Below, one piece after another: positions 36,939 through 45,986 of a DNA stretch of 64,000 bases (the first letter of the stretch is position 1; the number at the start of each line of letters is the position of its first letter). The stretch spans positions 17,995 through 81,994 of the forward strand of contig JANQES010000094.1 of NCBI GenBank assembly GCA_028278205.1, given 5' to 3'. The notes below the pieces were generated by a model. That model ran no database searches. It was not told the origin of the DNA and saw only the letters and a list, made by a program, of their open reading frames with translations. The translations under genes and the position numbers were made by a program. The stretch is from Rhodothermales bacterium (lineage in GTDB: Bacteria; Bacteroidota; Rhodothermia; Rhodothermales; Bin80).

Positions 36939-37984
36939 TCGGCCAGGGCTTCTTTGAGCTGGTTGATCAAGCCGATGGGCGTGGGATCGACTTTGTGGAG
37001 GATGGCCAGGTAGAGGCTTACCCAGTCGCCCAGGTAGATGAGCGACATGAGGCGGGCGAGCTTGCTCGTGCCCCGGCTATGCACCTCCGTCCAGAAGCCG
37101 GCGAGGTCGGTCAGCAGGTCGCGGGTGACGTCCATGCGGCGTTGCACGCGCGGGTGGTCGTCGCGGTCGCGCAGGACGATGACGCCGATGCCCTTGAGCC
37201 TGTCCGTCCGGCGTGCCCAGCCCATGATCTCGTTGTGATTGAGTTCGGGGAAGACGTTGCCCACAGCGTGGGTCTTGCTGTTTTCGTGCATCTGGTTGCG
37301 CCAGCGCAAGTTGACGGCCTCCAGCAAACCGCCGCTGCTGTAGACCACCGGCAGCCTGCCGTTGAGCGCCGCGGCAAGGTCCAAAGCCCGGTTCTGCGGC
37401 GCCTCCGGATCGGCCAGTGCGGCGACTTGCTCTTCGAGGAGCGCCTGCGTCTCGGCCCAGGCGGCGGCATCCGGCCTGAGCAGGCCGATGTGTTCGGCCA
37501 CCGTCAAGAGCGCCGTGAGCGAATAGCCGAGGGCAGCGCGTGGTTGAAGGCCGCCGGTCATCGGCACGAAAGGCCAGCCTTCGGCTTCGGCCCGCGCCCT
37601 CAACGTCCCGCCCGTGGAGATGCAAACCACCGAGGCCTGCCGCTGCAGCGCCTCGTCCAGCGCCGCCAACGTTTCTTCGGTATTGCCGGAATAACTCGAC
37701 GCGATGACGATGGTCTCCGGGCCGACCCACGCCGGCAGCCGGTAACTGCGCGAGACGATCACCGGCACCGTCGCTTCGTCGAGCGCCAGCGTGCGCAACA
37801 GGTCGCCCCCGATGGCCGAGCCGCCCATCCCCACCACGACCACCTGCCGGTAGCCGTCTCGACGGACGCCGCTGAGATCCGCCTTCAGCGCACCTTCCCG
37901 CCCGCTTCCCCATTGCTCAGGAAAACTTCGAACGGCGTCGTACATCCCGCTGCTATCTACACTGCGAATATCGTCGAGGGTCAT
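36935..37984 (-). CDS. Bifunctional phosphoglucose/phosphomannose isomerase (SIS domain)
   Basis: MYDAVRSFPEQW, VVVGMGGSAIGGD, SYSGNTEETL, VFPELNHNEIMGW. Confidence 0.8.
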   Translation of the reverse strand: MTLDDIRSVDSSGMYDAVRSFPEQWGSGREGALKADLSGVRRDGYRQVVVVGMGGSAIGGDLLRTLALDEATVPVIVSRSYRLPAWVGPETIVIASSYSGNTEETLAALDEALQRQASVVCISTGGTLRARAEAEGWPFVPMTGGLQPRAALGYSLTALLTVAEHIGLLRPDAAAWAETQALLEEQVAALADPEAPQNRALDLAAALNGRLPVVYSSGGLLEAVNLRWRNQMHENSKTHAVGNVFPELNHNEIMGWARRTDRLKGIGVIVLRDRDDHPRVQRRMDVTRDLLTDLAGFWTEVHSRGTSKLARLMSLIYLGDWVSLYLAILHKVDPTPIGLINQLKEALAD

Positions 37985-37999
37985 GGTTTGGAAGGTTTT

Positions 38000-38079
38000 G
38001 GGAGTGTTTTAGTGTTTCAGTTTTATAGTGTTATAGTTCTTTTAGCTCAACCAACTAAAACACCAAAACACTACAACAC
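38000..38079. repeat. Dispersed hairpin element, GTGTTTTAG family, copy 2
   Basis: See 30721-30810. Abuts the PGI start and the ptsI stop. Confidence 0.85.
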
Positions 38080-39897
38080 TCAAAGAAACTGATCGAGTTT
38101 ACAGCCGTGGTCGCCGAGCCAGTGGTCTAGCAGGATGCTGACTTCCTCGGCGTCTTTGGCCAGCAGCGCCCGCGTGGCCAGTTCGACGGCCTCCGAGCGG
38201 TTGATGGCGCGGATGACCCGCTTGACCTCCGGCAGATACGACGGCGAAGCACTCAGTTCGTGAATGCCGAGCCCTACCAGGATGGGCGCCACGCGCGGGT
38301 CGCCGCCCATCTCGCCGCACAGGCTCACCGGAATGCCATGCTTTTCTCCGGCGTCGATGGTGCGTTTGATGAGCCGCAACACGGCGGGATGGATTTCGCG
38401 ATAAAGCCCGGCCACGAGGTCGTTGCCCCGGTCTACGGCGAGGGTGTACTGCGTCAGATCGTTGGTGCCGAGCGAGAAAAAATCGACTTCTTTGGCGAAC
38501 AGATCCGTCATGAGCGCCACCGCCGGCACCTCCACCATGATACCCAGCGGCACGTCGGCGGCAGAGGCGTGGCCTTCCTTCGTCAGGTCGTCCTTGACCT
38601 GTTCGATGATCTCCCGGAAGCGGCGCAATTCCTCGATGTTGGTCACCATCGGGATCAGGATGCGCGCCGGGCCGAAGGCGCTGGCCCTGAGGATGGCGCG
38701 CACCTGTGGCACCAGCATCTCCGGCCTGTCGAGCAACACCCGCGCGCCGCGCCAGCCCAGGAACGGGTTGTGTTCGCGGTGCGCCACGGGCAACATCTTA
38801 TCGCCGCCGAGGTCGAGCAGGCGGAACGTAGCCGGTTCCGGCGTCACGGTCTGAACCACCAGTTTGTAGCTCTCGAACTGCTTCTCCTCCTCCAGCTTCA
38901 TCTCTTCGCCTTTCATCAACAACAGCACCTCGGTACGCATCAGCCCGATGCCTTCCGAGCCATAATCCTTCAACACGTTCAACTCTTCTAAAAACTCGAC
39001 GTTGGCGCGCAGGTGAACGCGGACGTGGTCGAGCGTCTCGGCGGGCAGCGGCGCCAGTTGTTTGTGCTCCTGAAGCAGACGCCGGTAGCGTTCCTGGCGG
39101 GTTCGGTAGGCCGCCAGCGTTTCTTCGTCGGGGTTGATGATAACGTTGCCGTCGATGCCGTCGACGATGAGCAGGTCGTCGGGCTGGACGACGTCGGTGA
39201 TGCCGTGGAGGCTCACGACCGACGGGATGCCGAGGGCGCGCGCCATGATCGAGACGTGCGAGGTGGCGCCGCCGCGGTCGAGCGCGCAACCAAGGATGCC
39301 GCGCTTGCTGAAGATCAAAAGATCGGCTGCCGTCAGGTTTTCAGAGACGACGATCGTAGCCGGATCGATCTGCGAGAAGTGCTTGCCCCGGCGCAGGTGC
39401 ATGATCAGGCGTTCCTGGACGTCTTGCAGGTCGTGGGCGCGGTCGCGCAGGTATTCGCTGGCGCTGGCTTCCATGCGCTGCCGGTGCTGCGTCATCACTT
39501 TCATGACGGCATAATCGGCATTGCACCGCTTGTTGCGAATCCGATGGACGACCTCCTGATAGAGCGCCTCATCGCGCAGCATCATCGACTGGGCTTCGAA
39601 GATCTGCACGCTCTCGTCGCCGAGTTTTTCGCGCGCCAGCGCCAGGATCTTTTCCAGCCCGTGCTCGGCGCTTTGGACAGCCCACTCGAAGCGGTCGACT
39701 TCATCCTCGATCTCGTCCGGGGCCAGTTCGCGATGCTCGACGGTGAAGGCGGCGCGGGCATAGAGATAGACCGGCCCGATAGCGATACCGGGCGAGACGC
39801 CAAGCCCCTGAAGCCGGTCGGAGGCGCCGGCATCCTGCACAGCCGCCGGCGGCTCCTCGTCTCCTGGGTCGATCTTTATGTCTCGCGCGTTGCTCAT
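38080..39897 (-). CDS. ptsI: PTS enzyme I (phosphoenolpyruvate-protein phosphotransferase)
   Basis: GGATSHVSIMARALGIPSV (active His), GLMRTE, FFSLGTNDLTQY, CGEMGGDP. Confidence 0.92.
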   Translation of the reverse strand: MSNARDIKIDPGDEEPPAAVQDAGASDRLQGLGVSPGIAIGPVYLYARAAFTVEHRELAPDEIEDEVDRFEWAVQSAEHGLEKILALAREKLGDESVQIFEAQSMMLRDEALYQEVVHRIRNKRCNADYAVMKVMTQHRQRMEASASEYLRDRAHDLQDVQERLIMHLRRGKHFSQIDPATIVVSENLTAADLLIFSKRGILGCALDRGGATSHVSIMARALGIPSVVSLHGITDVVQPDDLLIVDGIDGNVIINPDEETLAAYRTRQERYRRLLQEHKQLAPLPAETLDHVRVHLRANVEFLEELNVLKDYGSEGIGLMRTEVLLLMKGEEMKLEEEKQFESYKLVVQTVTPEPATFRLLDLGGDKMLPVAHREHNPFLGWRGARVLLDRPEMLVPQVRAILRASAFGPARILIPMVTNIEELRRFREIIEQVKDDLTKEGHASAADVPLGIMVEVPAVALMTDLFAKEVDFFSLGTNDLTQYTLAVDRGNDLVAGLYREIHPAVLRLIKRTIDAGEKHGIPVSLCGEMGGDPRVAPILVGLGIHELSASPSYLPEVKRVIRAINRSEAVELATRALLAKDAEEVSILLDHWLGDHGCKLDQFL

Positions 39898-39968
39898 AGT
39901 TGCTTTTCGCTACCGGTGCCCGGTGAATATGCGTAAGATAAGGCAAAAAACGAGGATTTGGCTTTCAG

Positions 39969-40048
39969 ACGTACTGCGTACTGCGTATTGCGTATTGCGT
40001 ATCGCATATGAGCAAGCCTCCTTACGCAGTACGAAGTACGCAATACGG
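39969..40048. repeat. Word-hairpin, GTACTGCGTA family, copy 1
   Basis: acgtactgcgtactgcgtattgcgtattgcgtatcgcat faces cttacgcagtacgaagtacgcaatacgg. Confidence 0.8.
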
Positions 40049-40118
40049 ATCCTCAGAATCGCTCCACTCATTATACTGACCAGCGGTCCTTGTAGCTTCA
40101 CACCTGATGGGCTCGTGA

Positions 40119-40388
40119 TCATTTCACCTCGCCAAAGCCGCCGGCGAAGAGTTGCTCCATCGCGTCGGCGGCGTCTTCTTCATCGGCGCCGTTGAAGAGA
40201 AGCGTCAGGGTGGCGCCTTGCTCAGCCGCCAGCGTCATCACCCCGATGATGCTCTTGCCGTTGATCTCATATCCGTCTTTCTGAATCCAGAAATCGGCCT
40301 TGAATTTGGCGGCGGTGCGCACAATCATCGAAGCCGGGCGCGTATGGACGCCAGCCTGGTTCGTCACCATCACTTCCCGCTTGATCAT
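40119..40388 (-). CDS. ptsH: Phosphocarrier protein HPr
   Basis: 89 aa with GVHTRPA (His-15 site) and GKSIIGVMTL (Ser-46 region). Confidence 0.9.
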   Translation of the reverse strand: MIKREVMVTNQAGVHTRPASMIVRTAAKFKADFWIQKDGYEINGKSIIGVMTLAAEQGATLTLLFNGADEEDAADAMEQLFAGGFGEVK

Positions 40389-40396
40389 GATTACAT

Positions 40397-40475
40397 CAGT
40401 GTTTTGGTGTTTTAGTGTTTTGGTGTTTTAGGGGGATTAACGCAAACACTATAACACGAGAACACTATAACACCC
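40397..40475. repeat. Dispersed hairpin element, GTGTTTTAG family, copy 3
   Basis: cagtgttttggtgttttagtgttttggtgttttaggg faces caaacactataacacgagaacactataacaccc. Confidence 0.85.
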
Positions 40476-40530
40476 GCTGCGCCGGGGATGCACAACGGCT
40501 CCATCGCGCAACAGACCGCTTTAAGCAATC

Positions 40531-41529
40531 CTAATGCATCCGCGCTTGCATACGCTGGATAAGCCAGCGCAGGGTGTCCAGGGCCTCGCCCTGCGGCAGG
40601 GCCTCCAGGTGTTCGATGGCAGCGGCGGTGTGGCGTAAGACCGCTGTGCGCGCTTCGTCGAGCACCCCGAGGCGTTGCATCCGCGCCCGCGCCTCATCGA
40701 CCTCTCCGGCAGGCAACCCGTCGTTGTGATGAATGCGAGCGAACCACGCGTATTCGTCGCCCTCGGCGCGTTCGAGCGCTTCGAGGAGCAAGAGCGTCTT
40801 CTTGCCTTCCATCAGGTCGCCGCCGATGGTTTTGCCCCAGCGGTCGTCTTCGGCCACCAGATCGAGCAGATCGTCCTGGATTTGAAAAGCGCGGCCCGCT
40901 TCTTCGCCGAACGCCCGCAACGTAGCCCGCTGCGCCTCAGACGCCCCGCCGATGACACCGCCTAGCTCGACGACGGCACGCAGCAAGGCGCCGGTTTTGC
41001 CGTCGATCATGTCGAGATAATCGGCTACAGAAACCGTATCGCGTTTCTCGAACTCTTTGTCGAGCGATTGCCCTTCGCACAGGCGGGTCATCATCTCAGA
41101 AAAGACCTGCATCAGGTCCGGCAGATGCGGCGTATCGGTGCGGGCCAGGAGTTCGTAGGAGAGGCCCATCAAATAATCGCCGCACAAGATGGCGGTGTCG
41201 GTGCCCCAGGTCACGTGTACGGTGGGGCGCCCCCGGCGCGTGTCGGCTTTGTCTACGATGTCGTCGTGGACGAGGGTGAAGTTGTGAAAGACTTCGACGG
41301 CGAGGGCTGCCGGCAACGCGCGCCGGGCTTCGACGCCGAAGACTTCTGCCGCCAACAACAACAAGACAGGACGCAGGCGTTTGCCCTGGCCGGCCAGGAC
41401 GTAACGCACCGGCTCGTAGAGACTGGCTGGCTCTTTCTGGAGCACGAGCCCCGGCACCGCCTCGTTGACGAGGGCGCGCAGCCGGCCTACGTGCTCGGCG
41501 CAGCGTGACGTTTCAACCGTTATCTCCAT
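40531..41529 (-). CDS. Polyprenyl diphosphate synthase
   Basis: First DDxxD motif LVHDDIVDKADTRRGRPT and second motif FQIQDDLLD. ATG at 41529. Confidence 0.9.
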   Translation of the reverse strand: MEITVETSRCAEHVGRLRALVNEAVPGLVLQKEPASLYEPVRYVLAGQGKRLRPVLLLLAAEVFGVEARRALPAALAVEVFHNFTLVHDDIVDKADTRRGRPTVHVTWGTDTAILCGDYLMGLSYELLARTDTPHLPDLMQVFSEMMTRLCEGQSLDKEFEKRDTVSVADYLDMIDGKTGALLRAVVELGGVIGGASEAQRATLRAFGEEAGRAFQIQDDLLDLVAEDDRWGKTIGGDLMEGKKTLLLLEALERAEGDEYAWFARIHHNDGLPAGEVDEARARMQRLGVLDEARTAVLRHTAAAIEHLEALPQGEALDTLRWLIQRMQARMH

Positions 41530-41603
41530 CAAGACCGGGGCTACACAGGCACGATTCTGTTGTGCGGTATGAATAACGTCGCCACGCTGCACCGCCGTTG
41601 GCA

Positions 41604-41696
41604 TGGGTCATCGGTCAACAGGCATCGGTCAACAGGGAGAATTTTGCTGGCGTCAGTCGCTACGCTCGTGTCCCGATGACTGCTGGCTGATGACCC
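41604..41696. repeat. Intergenic word-hairpin (GGTCATCGGTCAAC words) with conserved loop core
   Basis: gggtcatcggtcaacaggcatcggtcaacaggg faces cccgatgactgctggctgatgaccc. The loop holds ctggcgtcagtcgc..ctcgtgtccc, which is also found at 25664-25693 (reverse complement). Confidence 0.8.
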
Positions 41697-41756
41697 ACGC
41701 CCTGTTTGGTGCGAAGCGTGGCGTTTGGGCTTACTCCCTACCTTGTGCTCGCTTAC

Positions 41757-42407
41757 TCAGCAAGGCACGGTATCCGTGTGGGCTTTCAACACCTCCTCAA
41801 TCCGCGCAGCGATCTCCTCGAAACCGCCAACGGCATCCACTTCAACCAGGGCGCCCTGCCGGCGATAGTAGTCTTCCACCGGCTGCGTCTCGATCTTATA
41901 CACCTGGATGCGCTTCCGGATCGCATCGGGTTGATCGTCGGGCCGTTGGATGATCAGGCTCGGATCGATGTCGGGCGGTGGTGGCTTGTGGTCGAGGTGA
42001 TAATTTTCGCCGGTTTCCTTATGAACGCGGCGTTTCGAGAGACGGTCTATGATGACCTCGTCGGGCAGGACGAAGAAAATGACGGCGCAGAGCGGGGTGT
42101 TGCGAGCCACCAGAAACGTGTTGAGCCACTCCGCTTGCTGCACGGTGCGCGGGTAGCCATCGAGGATATACTGATCGCAGTCTTCCGCGATGATAGCGTC
42201 CTCGGCCAGCGTACGCACGACCTCGTCGGGCACGAGTTGCCCGGCGTCGATATACTTTTTGGCTTCGAGCCCAACCGGCGTGCCGGCTTTTATGGCGGCC
42301 CGAAGGATGTTACCGGTGGAGATGTGGCACAGGCCGTGACGTTCGGCCAGGAGCGTCGCCTGCGTCCCCTTGCCTGCGCCCGGTGGTCCGAATAACGCGA
42401 TACGCAT
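41757..42407 (-). CDS. adk: Adenylate kinase
   Basis: MRIALFGPPGAGKGTQA, ISTGNILR, GYPRTVQQAE. ATG at 42407. Confidence 0.92.
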   Translation of the reverse strand: MRIALFGPPGAGKGTQATLLAERHGLCHISTGNILRAAIKAGTPVGLEAKKYIDAGQLVPDEVVRTLAEDAIIAEDCDQYILDGYPRTVQQAEWLNTFLVARNTPLCAVIFFVLPDEVIIDRLSKRRVHKETGENYHLDHKPPPPDIDPSLIIQRPDDQPDAIRKRIQVYKIETQPVEDYYRRQGALVEVDAVGGFEEIAARIEEVLKAHTDTVPC

Positions 42408-42549
42408 ACTGATTGTCCTCAAAGATGAAACGGCCTTCGAAGGTGCGCTACCGGGGGCGTATGCGCCCATTTTCGCTAAAGTTATGAATCGGACAGCCAC
42501 GTTGCCAACCGATCCTTCACCTGCACTGTATTTCTTTGATGAAGAATCC

Positions 42550-42594
42550 GATTGCGTACTGCTTACTGCGTATTGCGTTACGTAGTACGCAGGA
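42550..42594. repeat. Word-hairpin, GTACTGCGTA family, copy 2
   Basis: gattgcgtactgcttactgcgtattgcgttacgtagtacgcagg. Confidence 0.7.
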
Positions 42595-42598
42595 TGAA

Positions 42599-43132
42599 TC
42601 ATGTGCTACCGGAGGCGTCGCTGGTCTCCTCACCCGTGTCTTCCATCAAATAATCCAACCCCATCTGAATACCCATCGGCACGAGTTGACGCAGCGCGAG
42701 GTTCATCAAGGTACCGGTCAGGCTCGATTTGGAAGACGTTTCGGGGACTTCGTAGACGATCAGCGGCACGCGCTCGTGCAAGGCCGCGCGGACGGCCTCC
42801 TCGGCGTCTTCGCCTTCGGCCATACGGTGGCGGGCTTCCTCGACAATCGCTCCGACGTAATGATCGACCAGGGCGCGGTGGTTGGCGCCGGCGCCGAAGG
42901 TGTCTTTCCGGCGCTTCTTGCCGCCGAAGAGCAAGCCCACCACCAGCCCGGCCAGCAACGCCCCGCCGACACTGACCAGCGGGTGGTTGAAGACCGCATC
43001 GCGAATCGAAGGAGCGACCGTAGAAACCTCTTCCTGCAACGCCGCCAGCCGCTGCTCGATTTGGTTCTTCTTTGCATTCAGCGCCTGCTCTACCTCTTCT
43101 TTCGTGCGCGTGTCTTTGGTTTCTGTCTCCAT
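42599..43132 (-). CDS. Hypothetical membrane protein (coiled-coil N-terminus, one TM)
   Basis: 177-aa ORF with normal coding composition. TM helix LVSVGGALLAGLVVGLLFGG. Confidence 0.5.
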   Translation of the reverse strand: METETKDTRTKEEVEQALNAKKNQIEQRLAALQEEVSTVAPSIRDAVFNHPLVSVGGALLAGLVVGLLFGGKKRRKDTFGAGANHRALVDHYVGAIVEEARHRMAEGEDAEEAVRAALHERVPLIVYEVPETSSKSSLTGTLMNLALRQLVPMGIQMGLDYLMEDTGEETSDASGST

Positions 43133-43187
43133 GGATGATAAATGGCTAATGGCTAATGGCTAATCGAAGCTTTAACGCTCCTTTGCC

Positions 43188-43679
43188 TTAGTTGCCTGTT
43201 TGCTCCGATGCCTCTTCAGAGGATCCGGGCGGCAGCTTTTTCTGATCCGAAGACGCGGCCAGTTTCTTCTGTTCAGGATCCGGCTTCCCGGCTTTTTTCT
43301 TCCCCCGTGAAGAATGCGCCCCATACAAAATACCGCCGGTGCTGAGCAAAATCCCGGTGACGATCAAAAAGCCCCAGGCCGGATGCCCGAGCCACGCGCC
43401 CAGCCCCAGCGCCAGGGTGACGAGTAAAAAAACGAGCGCCAGCACACCGATAAAACCAATCGCGGCAAACATAATGACATCGTCTTGCCGCGCTTTGATC
43501 TTCTCCTTGATCTCCAGTTCGGCGAGCTTGATCTTCAGGTCGATCCACTCTTTGACATCGTCGAAGAGCCCCTTCGATTGCTGGGCGATGCGTTCGACTT
43601 TTTTAGCGCCTTTCGGAATCGGCTCCTCCGGCGAGCGCGCCTCGGCGACGACCTCCGGATGCTCGTTGGTTTGCTCCAT
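43188..43679 (-). CDS. Hypothetical membrane protein (two TM helices, DUF1469/holin-X-like by eye)
   Basis: VIMFAAIGFIGVLALVFLLVTLALGLGAWLGHPAWGFLIVTGILL. Confidence 0.5.
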   Translation of the reverse strand: MEQTNEHPEVVAEARSPEEPIPKGAKKVERIAQQSKGLFDDVKEWIDLKIKLAELEIKEKIKARQDDVIMFAAIGFIGVLALVFLLVTLALGLGAWLGHPAWGFLIVTGILLSTGGILYGAHSSRGKKKAGKPDPEQKKLAASSDQKKLPPGSSEEASEQTGN

Positions 43680-43831
43680 GCCTGTGTGCCGGCCTGTTCG
43701 AGAATTCGCGCCTGTTTGCCGCGCGATGTAGCTAATTTAAGCGAGATTCGGGTTTCGGGTTTCGGGATTGGGGTTTTTTGTTTCAAGTTTCGCGGGAGGG
43801 GTTTCGAATAACCCTTTACAACCAGAAACTT

Positions 43832-44893
43832 TCAAAGCGAAGCCAGAAACGCCAGGGTATCCACCCCGTCGGGGCACCAGTCGAGTGGGGGGCGTTGCGC
43901 CTCGCCGAAGGGTTCGACGGGCAGCGCGGCGGGCAGGCGTTGGGCAACGGCGGGACGGGCCAGGATGAGTTGAAGCTCGTCGCGATGGCGGGTGAGCCAG
44001 GCCGCTACGTCGTCGAGCGTTGCATATTCGACCCAGCGCAGGTGCCCCGGTCCCTGCACCTCGGCCTCGCCTTTGCTGAGCAAGAATTCGAGGCCGTCGC
44101 CGTACGCGTGGGGCAGATCGAGCGCTGCCAGAAAAGCCTGTTGCATCGAGAGCACGCCGGGGGTTTCGGGATGCGGCGGGAAGACGGCTCGGAAGGCGGC
44201 AAAATGATCGAGATAGGCATCCGGCGCCATGCCCTCCGGCGCCCAGATCAGCGCGGCGTTGCGGCATCCCAGGCCCTCGTGCAGCAGCGCATCCTCGGCC
44301 AGACCGTCACGCTCGGCCTCTGTTTCGAGCCCGTCGATGACGGCGACGGCGTAGCGATGCCCGCGCAGCAGGCAGCGCTCTGCCGGGATGCCGTGCTGCG
44401 CGCTCTGCGCCTCGGCCCAGGCCCGCGTCTCGTCCGAGCCGGTAGCGATGACCGCCTCCGCCCCGGCCCACACGTCCTCAACCGGCGCAAACGAAGCCGC
44501 CAGCGACGGCACCTCTCGGCGGAGGGCTTCGACGAACGCAGGCAGCAACACGGGCGACTTCGAGGAGACGCTTCCCAGGTAGCGATGCCCCATCAACACG
44601 ACGGCCAGAAAATCCTGAAGTCCTACCATCGGGATATTGCCGGCATTGAGCACCCCGACGACACGCGACGCGGCAGCGCGCTGCGCGCCGACCCACGTCG
44701 TCAGGGCCTCCGGCGTGAACAGGCTCATCTGCTGATTGACGGCAAAAGCCAGCGCTTCTTCGGTGAACCGATTGGGCGCCGCCAGCGTCTGCGCCGCCGC
44801 CTCGGCACGCGGCGGATGATCCGGATCGAGCCAGACCTCGGCCACATGAGCAATGGCAATGATCAAGTCGTGAAGAGACGACGCCGGGGTCAT
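43832..44893 (-). CDS. LuxC-family acyl-CoA reductase-like protein
   Basis: VLNAGNIPMVGLQDFLAVVLMGH, VIATGSDETR, HEGLGCRNAALIWAPEG. ATG at 44893. Confidence 0.7.
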   Translation of the reverse strand: MTPASSLHDLIIAIAHVAEVWLDPDHPPRAEAAAQTLAAPNRFTEEALAFAVNQQMSLFTPEALTTWVGAQRAAASRVVGVLNAGNIPMVGLQDFLAVVLMGHRYLGSVSSKSPVLLPAFVEALRREVPSLAASFAPVEDVWAGAEAVIATGSDETRAWAEAQSAQHGIPAERCLLRGHRYAVAVIDGLETEAERDGLAEDALLHEGLGCRNAALIWAPEGMAPDAYLDHFAAFRAVFPPHPETPGVLSMQQAFLAALDLPHAYGDGLEFLLSKGEAEVQGPGHLRWVEYATLDDVAAWLTRHRDELQLILARPAVAQRLPAALPVEPFGEAQRPPLDWCPDGVDTLAFLASL

Positions 44894-45162
44894 GGATGCG
44901 GGATGTGGGATGCGAGATACGGGATGCGGGATGCGAGATGTGGGATGATAACAAATCCAGTAAAAAGTGGCACAAAAGTACATCTCGTTCGGCGAATGGG
45001 ATCTGCAACGTTCGGGTCCCGTTCGCCGAACGGGACGTACTGGGGCCTCAGCTTATGAGACAACTGATCAACCAGATTCAGTATGATTCACACAGTGAAG
45101 ATCTGATCATGATCACCCATAGATCAATATCCCACATCCCGCATCTCGAATCCCGCATCCCG
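44894..45162. repeat. Split word-hairpin (GGGATGCG words) with a 180-bp AT-richer insert
   Basis: Left arm at 44894-44947 and right arm at 45129-45162. The insert carries the palindrome at 45014-45041. Confidence 0.8.
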
Positions 45163-45271
45163 AAACCAAAAAACGAAAACCACACACCCTCCTCCAACAC
45201 CGAATTGCCCCTAACTCAGGCTGGAAGAAGGTGCATGGTTCTCGCGCGGTGCACCGCGACTTTCAAAGACG

Positions 45272-45748
45272 CTATGGCACGTTCGCCGGCAGCGGCGCGC
45301 TTCGAAGCAACTCCTCAGAAGCCCTCACCGGACGCCGTTGCCGGTATTGCGACGGCGAGGTACCAAAAAATCGTTTGAACGCGCGACAAAAGGTTTCATA
45401 ATGTTTGTATCCCACGCTCGACGCGATCAGGTACAGATCCAGGTCGTCGTACTGGAGAAGCTGCTGCGCCCCCGTCAGGCGGGCCTGCTCGATGTACCGG
45501 CGCATCGTGATCCGGCCCCGGCCGGCCGCTTTCATCTGATGTTTGAAGCGGCCACTAAAGCCGTGCGACCGAATGTTGCAACGCGCCAGGATGACATCCA
45601 CGTTCAACGACTCGTCGAATAGATGCGCCCGTATGAAATCCAGCACTCGCTGAACCTCATAACAGGCCTCGTGACGGTCGCGTCTCAGGGATTGCTTAAA
45701 GGCGTGAAGTTCCCGCTCGACAAGGTGTTCTTGTTCGATGTCATTCAT
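45272..45748 (-). CDS. AraC-family transcriptional regulator
   Basis: C-terminal HTH LIASSVGYKHYETFCRAFKRFFGTSPSQYR. Confidence 0.8.
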   Translation of the reverse strand: MNDIEQEHLVERELHAFKQSLRRDRHEACYEVQRVLDFIRAHLFDESLNVDVILARCNIRSHGFSGRFKHQMKAAGRGRITMRRYIEQARLTGAQQLLQYDDLDLYLIASSVGYKHYETFCRAFKRFFGTSPSQYRQRRPVRASEELLRSAPLPANVP

Positions 45749-45820
45749 AAGAATGCACTCCTTTCGAAAACAGCGGCTTCTACCTACAGAAACGTAAAAA
45801 CGCGCCGAAGTAAGACATCC

Positions 45821-45975
45821 GAATTTTGGATTTTAGATTTTGGATTGGGTGCTTCCTGCCCCGAATTCAACAATCGAAAAAGCCGCGCCGGTCAATGCCA
45901 GCGCGGCTTTTTCGGTTTTTGAAAGGGGATCGACCATCTGCCAATCCAAAATCTAAAATCCAAAATCCAAAATTC
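45821..45975. repeat. Composite element: GGATTTT-word arms around a GC-rich bidirectional terminator hairpin (45875-45914)
   Basis: gaattttggattttagattttggattggg ... cgaaaaagccgcgc-N-gcgcggctttttcg ... ccaatccaaaatctaaaatccaaaatccaaaattc. A second copy lies at 49938-50097. Confidence 0.85.
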
Positions 45976-45986
45976 TCTGACCTTGT

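Noticed and set aside
43141-43166. Tandem AATGGCTA x3, and the GGGTTTC runs at 43745-43790, as further word-hairpins.
   Set aside because: Clear complementary partner arms were not convincing. The candidate partner of the second partly overlaps the LuxC coding end. They are noted only as simple tandem repeats.
44894-44947. Short-period repeats (GGGATGCG and similar, also at 54177-54232, 45821-45849 and 49938-49973) considered as possible CRISPR arrays.
   Set aside because: The repeat period is only 6-9 nt and there are no unique spacers. The arms are imperfect and paired with an inverse arm nearby. No cas genes are present in the window.
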